Positions 1-9,231 of a DNA stretch of 64,000 bases are shown here, in pieces. Location of the stretch: positions 122,591 to 186,590 of IMG/VR virus record IMGVR_UViG_3300013368_000005; one strand, 5' to 3'. This DNA is from a virus. Taxonomy: Duplodnaviria; Caudoviricetes. Numbering within the stretch: the stretch's first letter is position 1; every line of letters begins with the position of its first letter. The notes beneath the pieces were generated by a model. That model saw nothing but the letters and a program-made list of their open reading frames with translations, was not told the DNA's origin and ran no database searches. The position numbers and the translations under genes are program-made.

Positions 1-428
1 ATCTCATGTAAAATTATTGCTAAAATTTCTCTATCATTTATTTTTTCATTAAATAATAATCCTGAAGTTATAAATACTAAACAACTATAATCAACTTCTT
101 TATCATATTTTATCGATTGTTTATCTGCCTTAAGATTTTTCCTAGTGTTGTAAACATCTAATTTATACCCTAAAGGTATTGTAAATGCATTCATAGAGCC
201 GTTGTATTCTATTTGTAAAGAGAATGAACCGAATCCAAAGATTTCTTCCACAATTCTATTGAATTCTAATACTTCTGGCAATGTATTAGCTTTCTTTATT
301 AAGAAATTATCTGATCTTAAGACTGATGCTCTTAGTTCACTTAGAGCCTTTTGCAATTGTTTTATTTCTTTAGTTTCACCAAAATAAACTTCATTTATCG
401 ACTCTTTTTTAATACCGTATATTCCCAT
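1..428 (-). CDS. Partial gene running off the left edge; probable zincin (HExxH) metallopeptidase-like virion protein
   Basis: Not in the ORF track. SD GGAGAGGAGTG precedes ATG at 428. Frame MGIYGIKKESINEVYFG... is open to the edge and ends ...DREILAIILHE(I), the typical lead-in to HExxH. AACA-N6-TA promoter upstream. Confidence 0.6.
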   Translation of the reverse strand, partial: MGIYGIKKESINEVYFGETKEIKQLQKALSELRASVLRSDNFLIKKANTLPEVLEFNRIVEEIFGFGSFSLQIEYNGSMNAFTIPLGYKLDVYNTRKNLKADKQSIKYDKEVDYSCLVFITSGLLFNEKINDREILAIILHE

Positions 429-446
429 ATTTATCACTCCTCTCCA

Positions 447-471
447 TATTTATATGTTAAACATTACAATA
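447..471. promoter_or_regulatory. Back-to-back divergent late-type promoters (TA-N6-TGTT-A-AACA-N6-TA)
   Basis: Two AACA-N6-TA sites (447-458 minus, 460-471 plus) between divergent genes. Confidence 0.7.
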
Positions 472-491
472 ATTATAAGGAGGTATGGAAA

Positions 492-1667
492 ATGAAGAAT
501 ACAGATGCTTTGGTCAAAGAATTATATCCACTAGTGGCTAATAGTTTGGCTAAAAATACAAATAAACTTAAACAGTGTATTGCAAGATTTATAGAAAAAA
601 GATCAAAAGAACTATATGATACATGCCCTTGTGATCGTATATATTACGGGGTCGATGATAAACAAGATTTTTTTAAAACATTAGGTATACAAGAAAGTCA
701 AGTAACAGATATTTTATCCAGAACGTATTATTGGGATATAGCTGCTTTTAACCCTAGAGCGGCTAAAGATGAACTTACTGTTACATTATTAATGGTTGTA
801 AGATATTTTTATCTTAAAAAAATGCAATCAGAATTAGAATTAAGTTCTATATATCTAGCTTTTTCTCCTAAATTTTATACATCTATTCATACTGGTCAAT
901 TTCCTAAATTTTCACCATCTGAATATAGACATATAATGGAATATGTGGTAAATAATCTATTAAACGAAAGATATGACTTAAAAAGTCAAGGAAGTGTATT
1001 TAAGGCTATAAAAAGCATATGTGTAACTTGGCTTAATACCTATGGAGATAAATTAAGAAATTCAGATGATGATGATGCTGTATATATGATTCAACAACTT
1101 CATAATAGAATAAAATCATTTATGAAAAATATTGCAGAAGTGTATTATGAAGCATACAATAATAAAGAGTCATATTTAGTTTATGATAGTGATAATGTAT
1201 CTGAAGATAATTATCATATTGCAGATAACGATTCATTAAGGATAGAACGACATGTTGAAAAAACAATGTCATATATAAACAGCACTAGTGTAGATTATAG
1301 AATATGTAAAATGGCTTCTGATAGTAACGTTAAAACAGATGAAGTTAAGGGTATAATAGAATTAATACTAAATGATAATACAAATGTTGTTTTAATTAAA
1401 GAATTAATAAGACTTATAATAACTGATTATTTTTCAGTAGATAAAATGAAAGATGTGCGAGATGTCAAATTTATATCATATTCTATAACACCAAAACCAA
1501 ATTCAAAAAATCCTATTATATTAAGACAAAAATCTATAATAGAGGCTTGGCTAAATGAAAACTCTCCAGCTTATAGAAAGAGAAAGTCTAGAGAAGCGAC
1601 AAAATCAAGTTATCATAAATCTGTAACAACATATTTTGTATTGCTTATTCATGCAGCCAATAAATAA
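492..1667 (+). CDS. Hypothetical protein, probably virion/head associated, co-transcribed with the vRNAP beta-C fragment
   Basis: Start moved to ATG 492 (SD AAGGAGG); late-type promoter upstream. Confidence 0.6.
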   Translation: MKNTDALVKELYPLVANSLAKNTNKLKQCIARFIEKRSKELYDTCPCDRIYYGVDDKQDFFKTLGIQESQVTDILSRTYYWDIAAFNPRAAKDELTVTLLMVVRYFYLKKMQSELELSSIYLAFSPKFYTSIHTGQFPKFSPSEYRHIMEYVVNNLLNERYDLKSQGSVFKAIKSICVTWLNTYGDKLRNSDDDDAVYMIQQLHNRIKSFMKNIAEVYYEAYNNKESYLVYDSDNVSEDNYHIADNDSLRIERHVEKTMSYINSTSVDYRICKMASDSNVKTDEVKGIIELILNDNTNVVLIKELIRLIITDYFSVDKMKDVRDVKFISYSITPKPNSKNPIILRQKSIIEAWLNENSPAYRKRKSREATKSSYHKSVTTYFVLLIHAANK

Positions 1668-1679
1668 GGAGGAATCATT

Positions 1680-2411
1680 ATGGAAATAACGAAAAAACAG
1701 AGACAAGAAGTAGAAGCTATAGTATATGAAACAATGAATATACTTGATAAGTCAGGAACTAATACAGAATATTATAAAAATAAATTTGCAAGTATGGATG
1801 ATAAACAATTTTTAAAATATGTATCATTAAAATTTCCATACAGATTCCATGTTAAACCCTTTGAAGTAGAACCTACAATGGAAGATGTTTCTAAAGCATG
1901 TGACTTTTTAAATGTACCTCTATTAGAAAAAATTAAATTACCATATCTTTATACAAATAAAGATGGTGTATCGGTAAATTCTAAAGAATGTTTAGTAGGA
2001 TATACACATTTAAAGAAGGTACAACAATTTGTAACTAAGAAAAACTCAATGTCTACAGACATATCCACAAGGGATATGAAGACTGGACTATTAACAGGGT
2101 TTGATAAAAATGGTAAATCATCAGATAGGGAAATAGAATCACTTGCAGTTTTAGGATTAGAAAACACACTAGAAGAATTTTCTAAATATAAGGCAGATTA
2201 TATGGGTGGAAAGAATATTATGTATAATGAAATTAATACAACTGGACAGGTATATTTAAAAGATATGCCAGTAGACCCAGATGATTCATTATCTAAAAAA
2301 TTAACGAATGTGTATCTTTTAGGTGCAGGTATAAATTCCAACTTATTAAATCAAGATTATTATCTTCTTCATACATTAAATAAGAAAAATAGACAGGTTA
2401 CTAGGGTATAA
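1680..2411 (+). CDS. Virion RNA polymerase beta subunit, C-terminal fragment
   Basis: VGYTHLKKVQQFVTKK...GKSSDREIESLAVLGLENTLEEF parallels the RpoB C-terminus (VGYMYMLKLHHLVDDK...[24 protein letters not shown]). Small size and late operon fit the vRNAP beta-C piece of phiKZ-related phages. Confidence 0.75.
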   Translation: MEITKKQRQEVEAIVYETMNILDKSGTNTEYYKNKFASMDDKQFLKYVSLKFPYRFHVKPFEVEPTMEDVSKACDFLNVPLLEKIKLPYLYTNKDGVSVNSKECLVGYTHLKKVQQFVTKKNSMSTDISTRDMKTGLLTGFDKNGKSSDREIESLAVLGLENTLEEFSKYKADYMGGKNIMYNEINTTGQVYLKDMPVDPDDSLSKKLTNVYLLGAGINSNLLNQDYYLLHTLNKKNRQVTRV

Positions 2412-2430
2412 ATTTTGTAAAAAATACTAT

Positions 2431-2444
2431 AATTATATATTATA
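2431..2444 (+). promoter_or_regulatory. Early-type promoter AATTATATATTATA
   Basis: 14-mer recurring upstream of non-structural genes; resembles the phiKZ early TATATTAC motif. Confidence 0.7.
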
Positions 2445-2510
2445 ATACTGTAATAACAAATTAAATATTATAATTATACTAACAGACAATTAAAAGGAGT
2501 TGATTAAATA

Positions 2511-2633
2511 ATGTCTGAAAAAAAAGAATATGGAGTGATAAATGAAATTGCATATTTAGGCAATGAATTTATACCAATGTCAGATGAAGATCAAAAGAAA
2601 TTAAAGAAACAAAAAGGAGATAAAGAGGAGTAA
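2511..2633 (+). CDS. Small hypothetical protein (40 aa, MSEKKEYGVINE...)
   Basis: SD AAGGAG; downstream of early and late-type promoters; followed by a hairpin. Confidence 0.55.
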   Translation: MSEKKEYGVINEIAYLGNEFIPMSDEDQKKLKKQKGDKEE

Positions 2634-2680
2634 AATCCTCTTTATCATCTCAATAATTATCTTAAAGGGGGAAAATAATA

Positions 2681-3454
2681 ATGAAAAACTTAAATAAAAA
2701 ATTATTATTAATAGTGTCGATAATGATGGTATTATTCGGAGGATACATATACCATTATGAAACAAAACTAGCAACTCAAAGAGAAGGATATTTAAAAGAA
2801 ATACAAGCTTTAGAAGTTAAAGCTGAATTAGCAGAAAATGATGCAGCTGCATATAAATTTTTATATGCTCAATCAGATAAAGATATAAATAAAGAACAAG
2901 AGAAGACACAAGCGGTTGTAGCTGAATTAAATTCACTTAAAGAAGAAATTGCTTATTCTAAAGAAATAGAATATCAAAGAGCATCTCGTGGTGCTATGGA
3001 TATGACACCTTTAACAGAATATGCAATACTGTCAGTGCAAGAAATGAATGAATGGATTGCTAGTCAAGCACCATCAAATAGCCCATTCATAGGAGAGGGT
3101 GAAGCTTTCTTAATAGCATCACAAGAATCAGGATTGAGTCCAAAATATATATTAGCTCATGCAGCTTTAGAATCTGAATGGGGTAATTCAGAAATATGTA
3201 GACTAAAGAATAATTTCTTTGGTATAAATGCCACAAATATAAACCCAACAGAAAACGCAAAAGAATTTGATTCGTTTACTAGTGGAATAGTAGAAGGAGC
3301 TAAATGGATAGCTAGAAATTATACTAATAAAGGACAAGATACATTACAGTCTATGATATTCGGTTCTAAGGCATATGCACAATATGACGATGGAAGTCCA
3401 AATGATTCATGGATTGGTAAAGTTGAATCAATAATGTCACATATTAATAAATAA
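2681..3454 (+). CDS. Membrane-anchored GH73 N-acetylglucosaminidase (peptidoglycan hydrolase)
   Basis: N-terminal TM segment, coiled coil, then YILAHAALESEWG...KNNFFGI...YA GH73 motifs. Confidence 0.85.
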   Translation: MKNLNKKLLLIVSIMMVLFGGYIYHYETKLATQREGYLKEIQALEVKAELAENDAAAYKFLYAQSDKDINKEQEKTQAVVAELNSLKEEIAYSKEIEYQRASRGAMDMTPLTEYAILSVQEMNEWIASQAPSNSPFIGEGEAFLIASQESGLSPKYILAHAALESEWGNSEICRLKNNFFGINATNINPTENAKEFDSFTSGIVEGAKWIARNYTNKGQDTLQSMIFGSKAYAQYDDGSPNDSWIGKVESIMSHINK

Positions 3455-3483
3455 TAAATATTAGATTTTAAGGAGGAAATAAA

Positions 3484-4689
3484 ATGAAAATTAAAATTAT
3501 AGGAACAGGTGCATGTGGAAATAAAGCCACTATAGACGTGTTAAAAGAAGATGTTCTATCAAACGAAGATGTACTATTATTAAATAGCACTTTAAGAGAC
3601 ATACCAGAACCTTATAGAAAAGAAGCAATACTGTTTGAAGATTCACCTGGAGGCTGTGGCAAAGAAACGGCAATAGGTGCCGAATTGGCTTATAATTCTC
3701 TTAAAGGAGAAATAGGAGAAAGAATAGAAAAATTGGTAGATGAAAGTACAGATCTTGTTGTCGTAACAGCTTCGTCAGGAGGAGGTACTGGAGCAGGAAG
3801 CTTACCTGAGATAGCTGGATATTGCACACAAGTAATTGGAGTTCCCGTATTATGTTTTATATTTACAGGATTCGAAGATGATGGAAGAGAACTTCAAAAT
3901 ACTATTGAATTATTCCAAAAATTAAATGAAAATTATACAATTCAGGCTATATCTAATAAGAAATTCTTATTAGGAACAAATAATAGATTAAAAGCAGAGA
4001 AACTTGCAAATGATGAATTTGTTAGAAGAATAAGAATTCTTACTGGAATAGATATAGTAGATTCAGAAAGGAATATGGATGAATTTGATTTATTCAAATC
4101 ATCTACTACACCAGGCTTCATGACAATGGGGTATATTGATCTTCCAAAATTAAAAAATGAAGATCAATTTAACAAAGCTTTAATTTCAGTTATTGATAAT
4201 GATAAATCATTAGATACTGAAAAATCAGCAAAAAGATTGGGAGTGATAATAAATTTAAACGAGGAATCACAAGAATTTATAGATTATAGCTTTAGTGCTA
4301 TAAAAGAAAGACTTGGGCATCCTTATGAAATATTTACTCATATTCAATATGATTCTGAACAACCAGAATATGTATCATTTATAGCCTCAGGTATGAAAAT
4401 GCCTATGGATGAATTAAATGCTATATATAATAAATATAAACAAGAATCAAATAAAGTAAACAAAGGAAAAGATGATTTCTTCGAATATGCAGCCAAATTA
4501 AGAGGTAACGATGAGGATGCTATCTTTGATAGTCCAATAAAAAGAGGAAGGAGGAATACAAGTAATAAAGACGATTTCTTTAGTTCTTTTTCAAAGAATA
4601 ATAAAAAATCACCTTCTGTAAAAGAAGATAAAGTATCAAATAATATTAATAATAACGTTACTACAAAATCAAAACTTAGTAAGTATTAG
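3484..4689 (+). CDS. FtsZ/tubulin-family GTPase (PhuZ/TubZ-like)
   Basis: KIIGTGACGNK, GGCGK, signature GGGTGAG, T7-like loop NMDEFD, low-complexity C-terminal tail. Confidence 0.9.
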   Translation: MKIKIIGTGACGNKATIDVLKEDVLSNEDVLLLNSTLRDIPEPYRKEAILFEDSPGGCGKETAIGAELAYNSLKGEIGERIEKLVDESTDLVVVTASSGGGTGAGSLPEIAGYCTQVIGVPVLCFIFTGFEDDGRELQNTIELFQKLNENYTIQAISNKKFLLGTNNRLKAEKLANDEFVRRIRILTGIDIVDSERNMDEFDLFKSSTTPGFMTMGYIDLPKLKNEDQFNKALISVIDNDKSLDTEKSAKRLGVIINLNEESQEFIDYSFSAIKERLGHPYEIFTHIQYDSEQPEYVSFIASGMKMPMDELNAIYNKYKQESNKVNKGKDDFFEYAAKLRGNDEDAIFDSPIKRGRRNTSNKDDFFSSFSKNNKKSPSVKEDKVSNNINNNVTTKSKLSKY

Positions 4690-4702
4690 GAGGTAGTAAA
4701 AT

Positions 4703-5581
4703 ATGTTTGAAGAATTAGAGAGTAAATTACAACAAGAAAAACCATTACAACAAATACCAATAAATGGAGTTTTAGATTCTCCTTTATTCAATCCAGATGG
4801 ATATAGAGAAAAACTAAAACACATAGATGAAATGACTGATAGAGAGTTATATAACTTGCTTAAAGATAATCATGTGACTATTCTAAGTGATTTATTTATG
4901 AATAATAATATGATGTATTTATCATTAATCACAAATAGTAAGTTTCTAACTGCAATGATACAGGTCATGGGAAGTATACCTGATATATCTCACGATATAA
5001 CCGTATTTTGTAATAAACTTGCATACGATTATTTAACATTAGCAGATGTAGAAAAAGACTCATATATAAAACAACTTTTATTTGCATTATCAAAAACGGT
5101 AAATAAAAGAGTTATACCTTCATTATTAGGTATAGGTATTCCAGAAGATTTAGCTTCATATTTAGCATTAGCTAGATATTCTTCTCAGAAAGAAATGGTT
5201 AATGTGAAAAGATTAAATTTAGTAATAATGAATTCATCACAAGAACTAATGACAGAACAAAGAATTGTGTGGATTTATGAAAAATTATTTAACAAAATCA
5301 CAATGTTATTTGAAGCAACAATGTTTGATGTATATAAACAAGAAGAGTTAACTGAAAGTATGGATATAATATATTCAACTATCGGGTTAGCTGTAATAGA
5401 TATATTAAATGGAATGCCTATGGCAGATATAAGAAAGGTGCTTATATCATATGCTGGAGATTATAATGCATTATATATAAACTCAGGTGTTAAATTTTCT
5501 ATAAAGTCTTTATCAGGTGAATATCAAAGGATTTTAGATGTTGTTGAATTGCTTAAAGAAGAACAAATCTATGTTCCTTAA
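4703..5581 (+). CDS. Hypothetical helical protein
   Basis: 292-aa ORF with SD GGAGG, in operon with the tubulin gene. Confidence 0.7.
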   Translation: MFEELESKLQQEKPLQQIPINGVLDSPLFNPDGYREKLKHIDEMTDRELYNLLKDNHVTILSDLFMNNNMMYLSLITNSKFLTAMIQVMGSIPDISHDITVFCNKLAYDYLTLADVEKDSYIKQLLFALSKTVNKRVIPSLLGIGIPEDLASYLALARYSSQKEMVNVKRLNLVIMNSSQELMTEQRIVWIYEKLFNKITMLFEATMFDVYKQEELTESMDIIYSTIGLAVIDILNGMPMADIRKVLISYAGDYNALYINSGVKFSIKSLSGEYQRILDVVELLKEEQIYVP

Positions 5582-5593
5582 GGATTAAATATG

Positions 5594-5627
5594 AGAGATA
5601 CGAGTTTTCGTATCTCTTTATTTTTTA
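5594..5627 (+). terminator. Intrinsic terminator
   Basis: AGAGATACGA-GTTT-TCGTATCTCT followed by a T tract. Confidence 0.75.
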
Positions 5628-5677
5628 TTACATAATTAACTTATTAATAAGGAAAATGTTGAGAAGGAGTGTTATGA

Positions 5678-6919
5678 ATGAGTTTATTAGCATCTAATTT
5701 TAGAGAAAAAGTATCTAAGTTAAAAGATTATAAAATGAAAGTAGAAACTGAATTTCCAGTTGGATATTCAACTGGTTTTTTAAGCTTTGACTTTATGAAT
5801 GGATCAGTTGTACATGCTCAAAAAGAAGGCGAACCAATTAAATATTATTCAGTTGGAATTACTGATGGGTCTATGGTTATGGTTATAGGTAGAGCAGGAT
5901 GTGGTAAAACAACATATTGTATTCAAGCAGCAGCTAATATTATAAGACCATATGAAACATCATGTATATTTCATGATGATATAGAAGGTGGTATTACCGA
6001 AAATAGAAAAGAATTACTTACAGGGTTTTTCGGAGATGAACTTACAAAAAGATATATCGCTAGAAATACAGGTATAACAGCAGAAAATTTCTATGAAAGA
6101 GTTAAAATGGTTAACGACATGAAGCAAGAAGATAGAGAATCATATTCTTATGATACAGGTCTTTATGATTATGTCGGAAATAAGATATTTAAATTAGAAC
6201 CTACTGTATATATTATGGATTCATTAGCACTGTTAACTCCAGAAAAATATGCAGAAGAGGATGAACTTTCAGGTCAAATGTCAACTACAGCAACCGCTAA
6301 AGCAAATGCAATGATATTTAGAAGAATGATACCTTTATTAAAATCTTCTAATATAATATTATTTGTAATTAATCATATAAATCAAAAAGTGGAACTTAAT
6401 ATGTTCTCTAAGACAAAAGCTCAGGTAAACTACTTAAAGGCAGGAGAAACACTTCCAGGTGGAAACACACCTATATATCTTTCAAACTTAATGCTTAGAT
6501 TTGATGATAATACTAAGTTTAAAGAAGGAGAAGGATTTGGAATACCAGGAAATATGGTTGATATATCTTTAGTTAAATCAAGATCAGCAAGAGCAGGTAA
6601 ATCTTGTACATTAGTATTTAACCCTGAAACAGGATACGATATAGAGTTATCATTATTAGTATTATTGAAAGATAATGGTAAAATTAATGGGGCAGGTATA
6701 GGTCTATACGTCGGAGATAGGAATGATTTAAAATTCTCTCAAAAGAAATTTAAAGAAAAGCTATTGAATAATGAAGAATTTAGAAATGTTGTTATGGAGG
6801 AAGTTATGAATGTATTAGTTTCTATGGTAGAAGAACACGATATACAAGAAGAGCAACAGCAAATATCTTCTAATATTACAACTAATATACTTAATAAGTT
6901 AAATGGTATAGCAGCTTAA
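5678..6919 (+). CDS. uvsX: RecA/UvsX-like recombinase
   Basis: STGFLSFD, Walker A GRAGCGKT, Walker B YIMDS, LFVINH, PGG motifs. Confidence 0.85.
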   Translation: MSLLASNFREKVSKLKDYKMKVETEFPVGYSTGFLSFDFMNGSVVHAQKEGEPIKYYSVGITDGSMVMVIGRAGCGKTTYCIQAAANIIRPYETSCIFHDDIEGGITENRKELLTGFFGDELTKRYIARNTGITAENFYERVKMVNDMKQEDRESYSYDTGLYDYVGNKIFKLEPTVYIMDSLALLTPEKYAEEDELSGQMSTTATAKANAMIFRRMIPLLKSSNIILFVINHINQKVELNMFSKTKAQVNYLKAGETLPGGNTPIYLSNLMLRFDDNTKFKEGEGFGIPGNMVDISLVKSRSARAGKSCTLVFNPETGYDIELSLLVLLKDNGKINGAGIGLYVGDRNDLKFSQKKFKEKLLNNEEFRNVVMEEVMNVLVSMVEEHDIQEEQQQISSNITTNILNKLNGIAA

Positions 6920-6929
6920 TATTAGTTAT

Positions 6930-6943
6930 AAATATATATTATA
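6930..6943 (+). promoter_or_regulatory. Early-type promoter (AAATATATATTATA, 1 mismatch)
   Basis: Upstream of RNAP beta-C; followed by a hairpin. Confidence 0.6.
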
Positions 6944-6998
6944 TATATGTAGTAGAAAATCTCTACTACATATATCTTTGTTTAGGGAGGAGAAAGGT

Positions 6999-9227
6999 AT
7001 GTCTAATAATATAACTTTTGCAGAGGATGTTTCAAAAGCCTCTGATCGTATTGACAACTTAGAACAATGTTTAGCTAAAGGACTATTTATGCCTTTTAAC
7101 AGTTCTACCTCTGGGTCTAGAAACTTGCTATTCTCGACACAGTTAGAACACAAATTACCTCTAATGAGAGGTGAAGTACCATTATTAGGAACAGGATATG
7201 AACCATTATTTGGTGAATATTCATCATCGTTTATTAGAACAGATTCCGAATATGATGTCATAGAAAGGGTAGAAAAATTTGGTCAAATTCCAGGTCATCA
7301 CTATTATTTAATAGTGTTTAATAAAAAGAAACAAGAGTTTGATATGATAGAAAGAAAATCATATGAACACATTACCGAATCGTATGGATATCTATACGAT
7401 AATACAAATATAGATAAATATAAATCAGGTTCATCAATATATGAAGGTGAAGTAATTAGAAAGAGTACTAGTTTTGATGAATTCAATAACAGAAAGGATG
7501 GAGTGAATCTTAATACTGGATATATAAGTTGTGAAAAGACCAAAGAAGACGGTATAATTATATGTGAGAGTGCAAGAAGAAAATTAGCATCTCCACTTAT
7601 AAGAAAAATAAAAATTATACAAAATGATAATGACCTTCCTTTGAATATATATGGAAACGATGAACTATATAAATCATTTCCAGATATAGGTGAAGAAACA
7701 TCTAATAAAATATTATGTGCATTAAGAAGGGAAAAGAAAGAAGAATCTTTATTTTCCTTATCATGTACAAGATTGAAAAATATAATGATGTCAGATGAAA
7801 GATTTATAGCTGAGGGAAAGGTTATAGATATAAATGTATTTTGTAATAATCCTGATAATTTAAATTCAGTATATACATCGCAAATAAAATATTATTATGA
7901 TCAACAACAAGTATTCTTAGAAACTTTTGTAAATGCTACAAAGGAAATTGTAGGTAAATATAAATGTAGCTATGCTTTACAAAAGATGCATTATAATTGT
8001 AAAAAGATTTTGGAAGGCGGGCAATATATCCAAGATAAGCCTTTTAGTAATAATGTAATAGAAATAACTTTATTAGAGGAAAGTTTAGTAAATGTAGGGG
8101 ATAAAATATCTAATAGATATGGAGGTAAAGGAGTTGTATCTTGTATACTTCCAGATCATTTAATGCCTAGAATGGATAATGGACAATATATCGAATTGAT
8201 ATATAATTCATCTACATGTGTAAATAGAGGAAACCCAGGACAATTATATGAAACTTCTATAAATCATATAGGAGGAAGAATAGTAGATTTTGTATCAACT
8301 GGTACTTTAGAATTTGCAGATCAAGTTGAAATGTATCTAGGATTCTTACGTCATCTATCTCCAGATTTATCTGCACATATTGAGAACTCCATGCTACAAT
8401 GGAGTGTAGAAGATCAACGTGTATTTATGGAAGGCGTATTTACTGAAGAAGGTATAGCTGTATCGATGAAACCTATATCTGAAGCTATAGACATAGATAA
8501 ATTAAGATCAATATATAAAGAATTTTCTTTTGCTATGCAAAATAAAATTATTATACCACAAAAAGATTCTATGGGAAATATAAGATATATTCCAGCAAGA
8601 AGAGCTATAACTTGTGGTAAACAATATATTTATAGATTAAAACAATATGCAGAAGAGAAATTCTCAGCAGTTTCTCTATCAGCTACAAATATTAAAAATG
8701 AGAATACGAGAAATGCATCTAAGAAAAATTATAAATCTGCTTATTCTAAAACACCAATAAGATTCGGTGAAATGGAACAAGGAGATTTTGGTCACTTAGG
8801 AATGGAGGTAGTTATTGTTAATCTAATGCTTCATTCTACATCACCACATGGTAGAAGATTGGCAGAAGAATTATTAACAGGAGATCCATTTAGTGTTGAT
8901 ATTAAACTTGATGAAGATTCTAAAAATAGATCTGTTGAAGTTAATAATGCTTTTTTAACAACAATGGGGTTAGAATTAGAATTTGTTAAAGTAAGGAAGG
9001 TACAACAAAGACTTATACAAAAATCATTGGTTACTTTTAAACAACCAACTTCTAATAAGTTAGTACAAGGCGTATGGTTTCCTAAGGAATGGGAAAGATT
9101 AGACCCTGTTGAATTTATAGATGGGTTTAAACATAAAGATACAAGAAAATTCTTGGCATTAAAGTCTATGGTAACATTTGGTAAAAAACTAGATGAGGAG
9201 ACTGGTATGTATAAGAAGGAGGATTAA
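6999..9227 (+). CDS. rpoB: Non-virion RNA polymerase beta subunit, C-terminal half
   Basis: EDGIII, VGDKISNRYGGKGVV, NRGNPGQLYE, GKQYIYRLKQ, RFGEME motifs; start at ATG 6999 after SD. Confidence 0.92.
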   Translation: MSNNITFAEDVSKASDRIDNLEQCLAKGLFMPFNSSTSGSRNLLFSTQLEHKLPLMRGEVPLLGTGYEPLFGEYSSSFIRTDSEYDVIERVEKFGQIPGHHYYLIVFNKKKQEFDMIERKSYEHITESYGYLYDNTNIDKYKSGSSIYEGEVIRKSTSFDEFNNRKDGVNLNTGYISCEKTKEDGIIICESARRKLASPLIRKIKIIQNDNDLPLNIYGNDELYKSFPDIGEETSNKILCALRREKKEESLFSLSCTRLKNIMMSDERFIAEGKVIDINVFCNNPDNLNSVYTSQIKYYYDQQQVFLETFVNATKEIVGKYKCSYALQKMHYNCKKILEGGQYIQDKPFSNNVIEITLLEESLVNVGDKISNRYGGKGVVSCILPDHLMPRMDNGQYIELIYNSSTCVNRGNPGQLYETSINHIGGRIVDFVSTGTLEFADQVEMYLGFLRHLSPDLSAHIENSMLQWSVEDQRVFMEGVFTEEGIAVSMKPISEAIDIDKLRSIYKEFSFAMQNKIIIPQKDSMGNIRYIPARRAITCGKQYIYRLKQYAEEKFSAVSLSATNIKNENTRNASKKNYKSAYSKTPIRFGEMEQGDFGHLGMEVVIVNLMLHSTSPHGRRLAEELLTGDPFSVDIKLDEDSKNRSVEVNNAFLTTMGLELEFVKVRKVQQRLIQKSLVTFKQPTSNKLVQGVWFPKEWERLDPVEFIDGFKHKDTRKFLALKSMVTFGKKLDEETGMYKKED

Positions 9228-9231
9228 TTTT

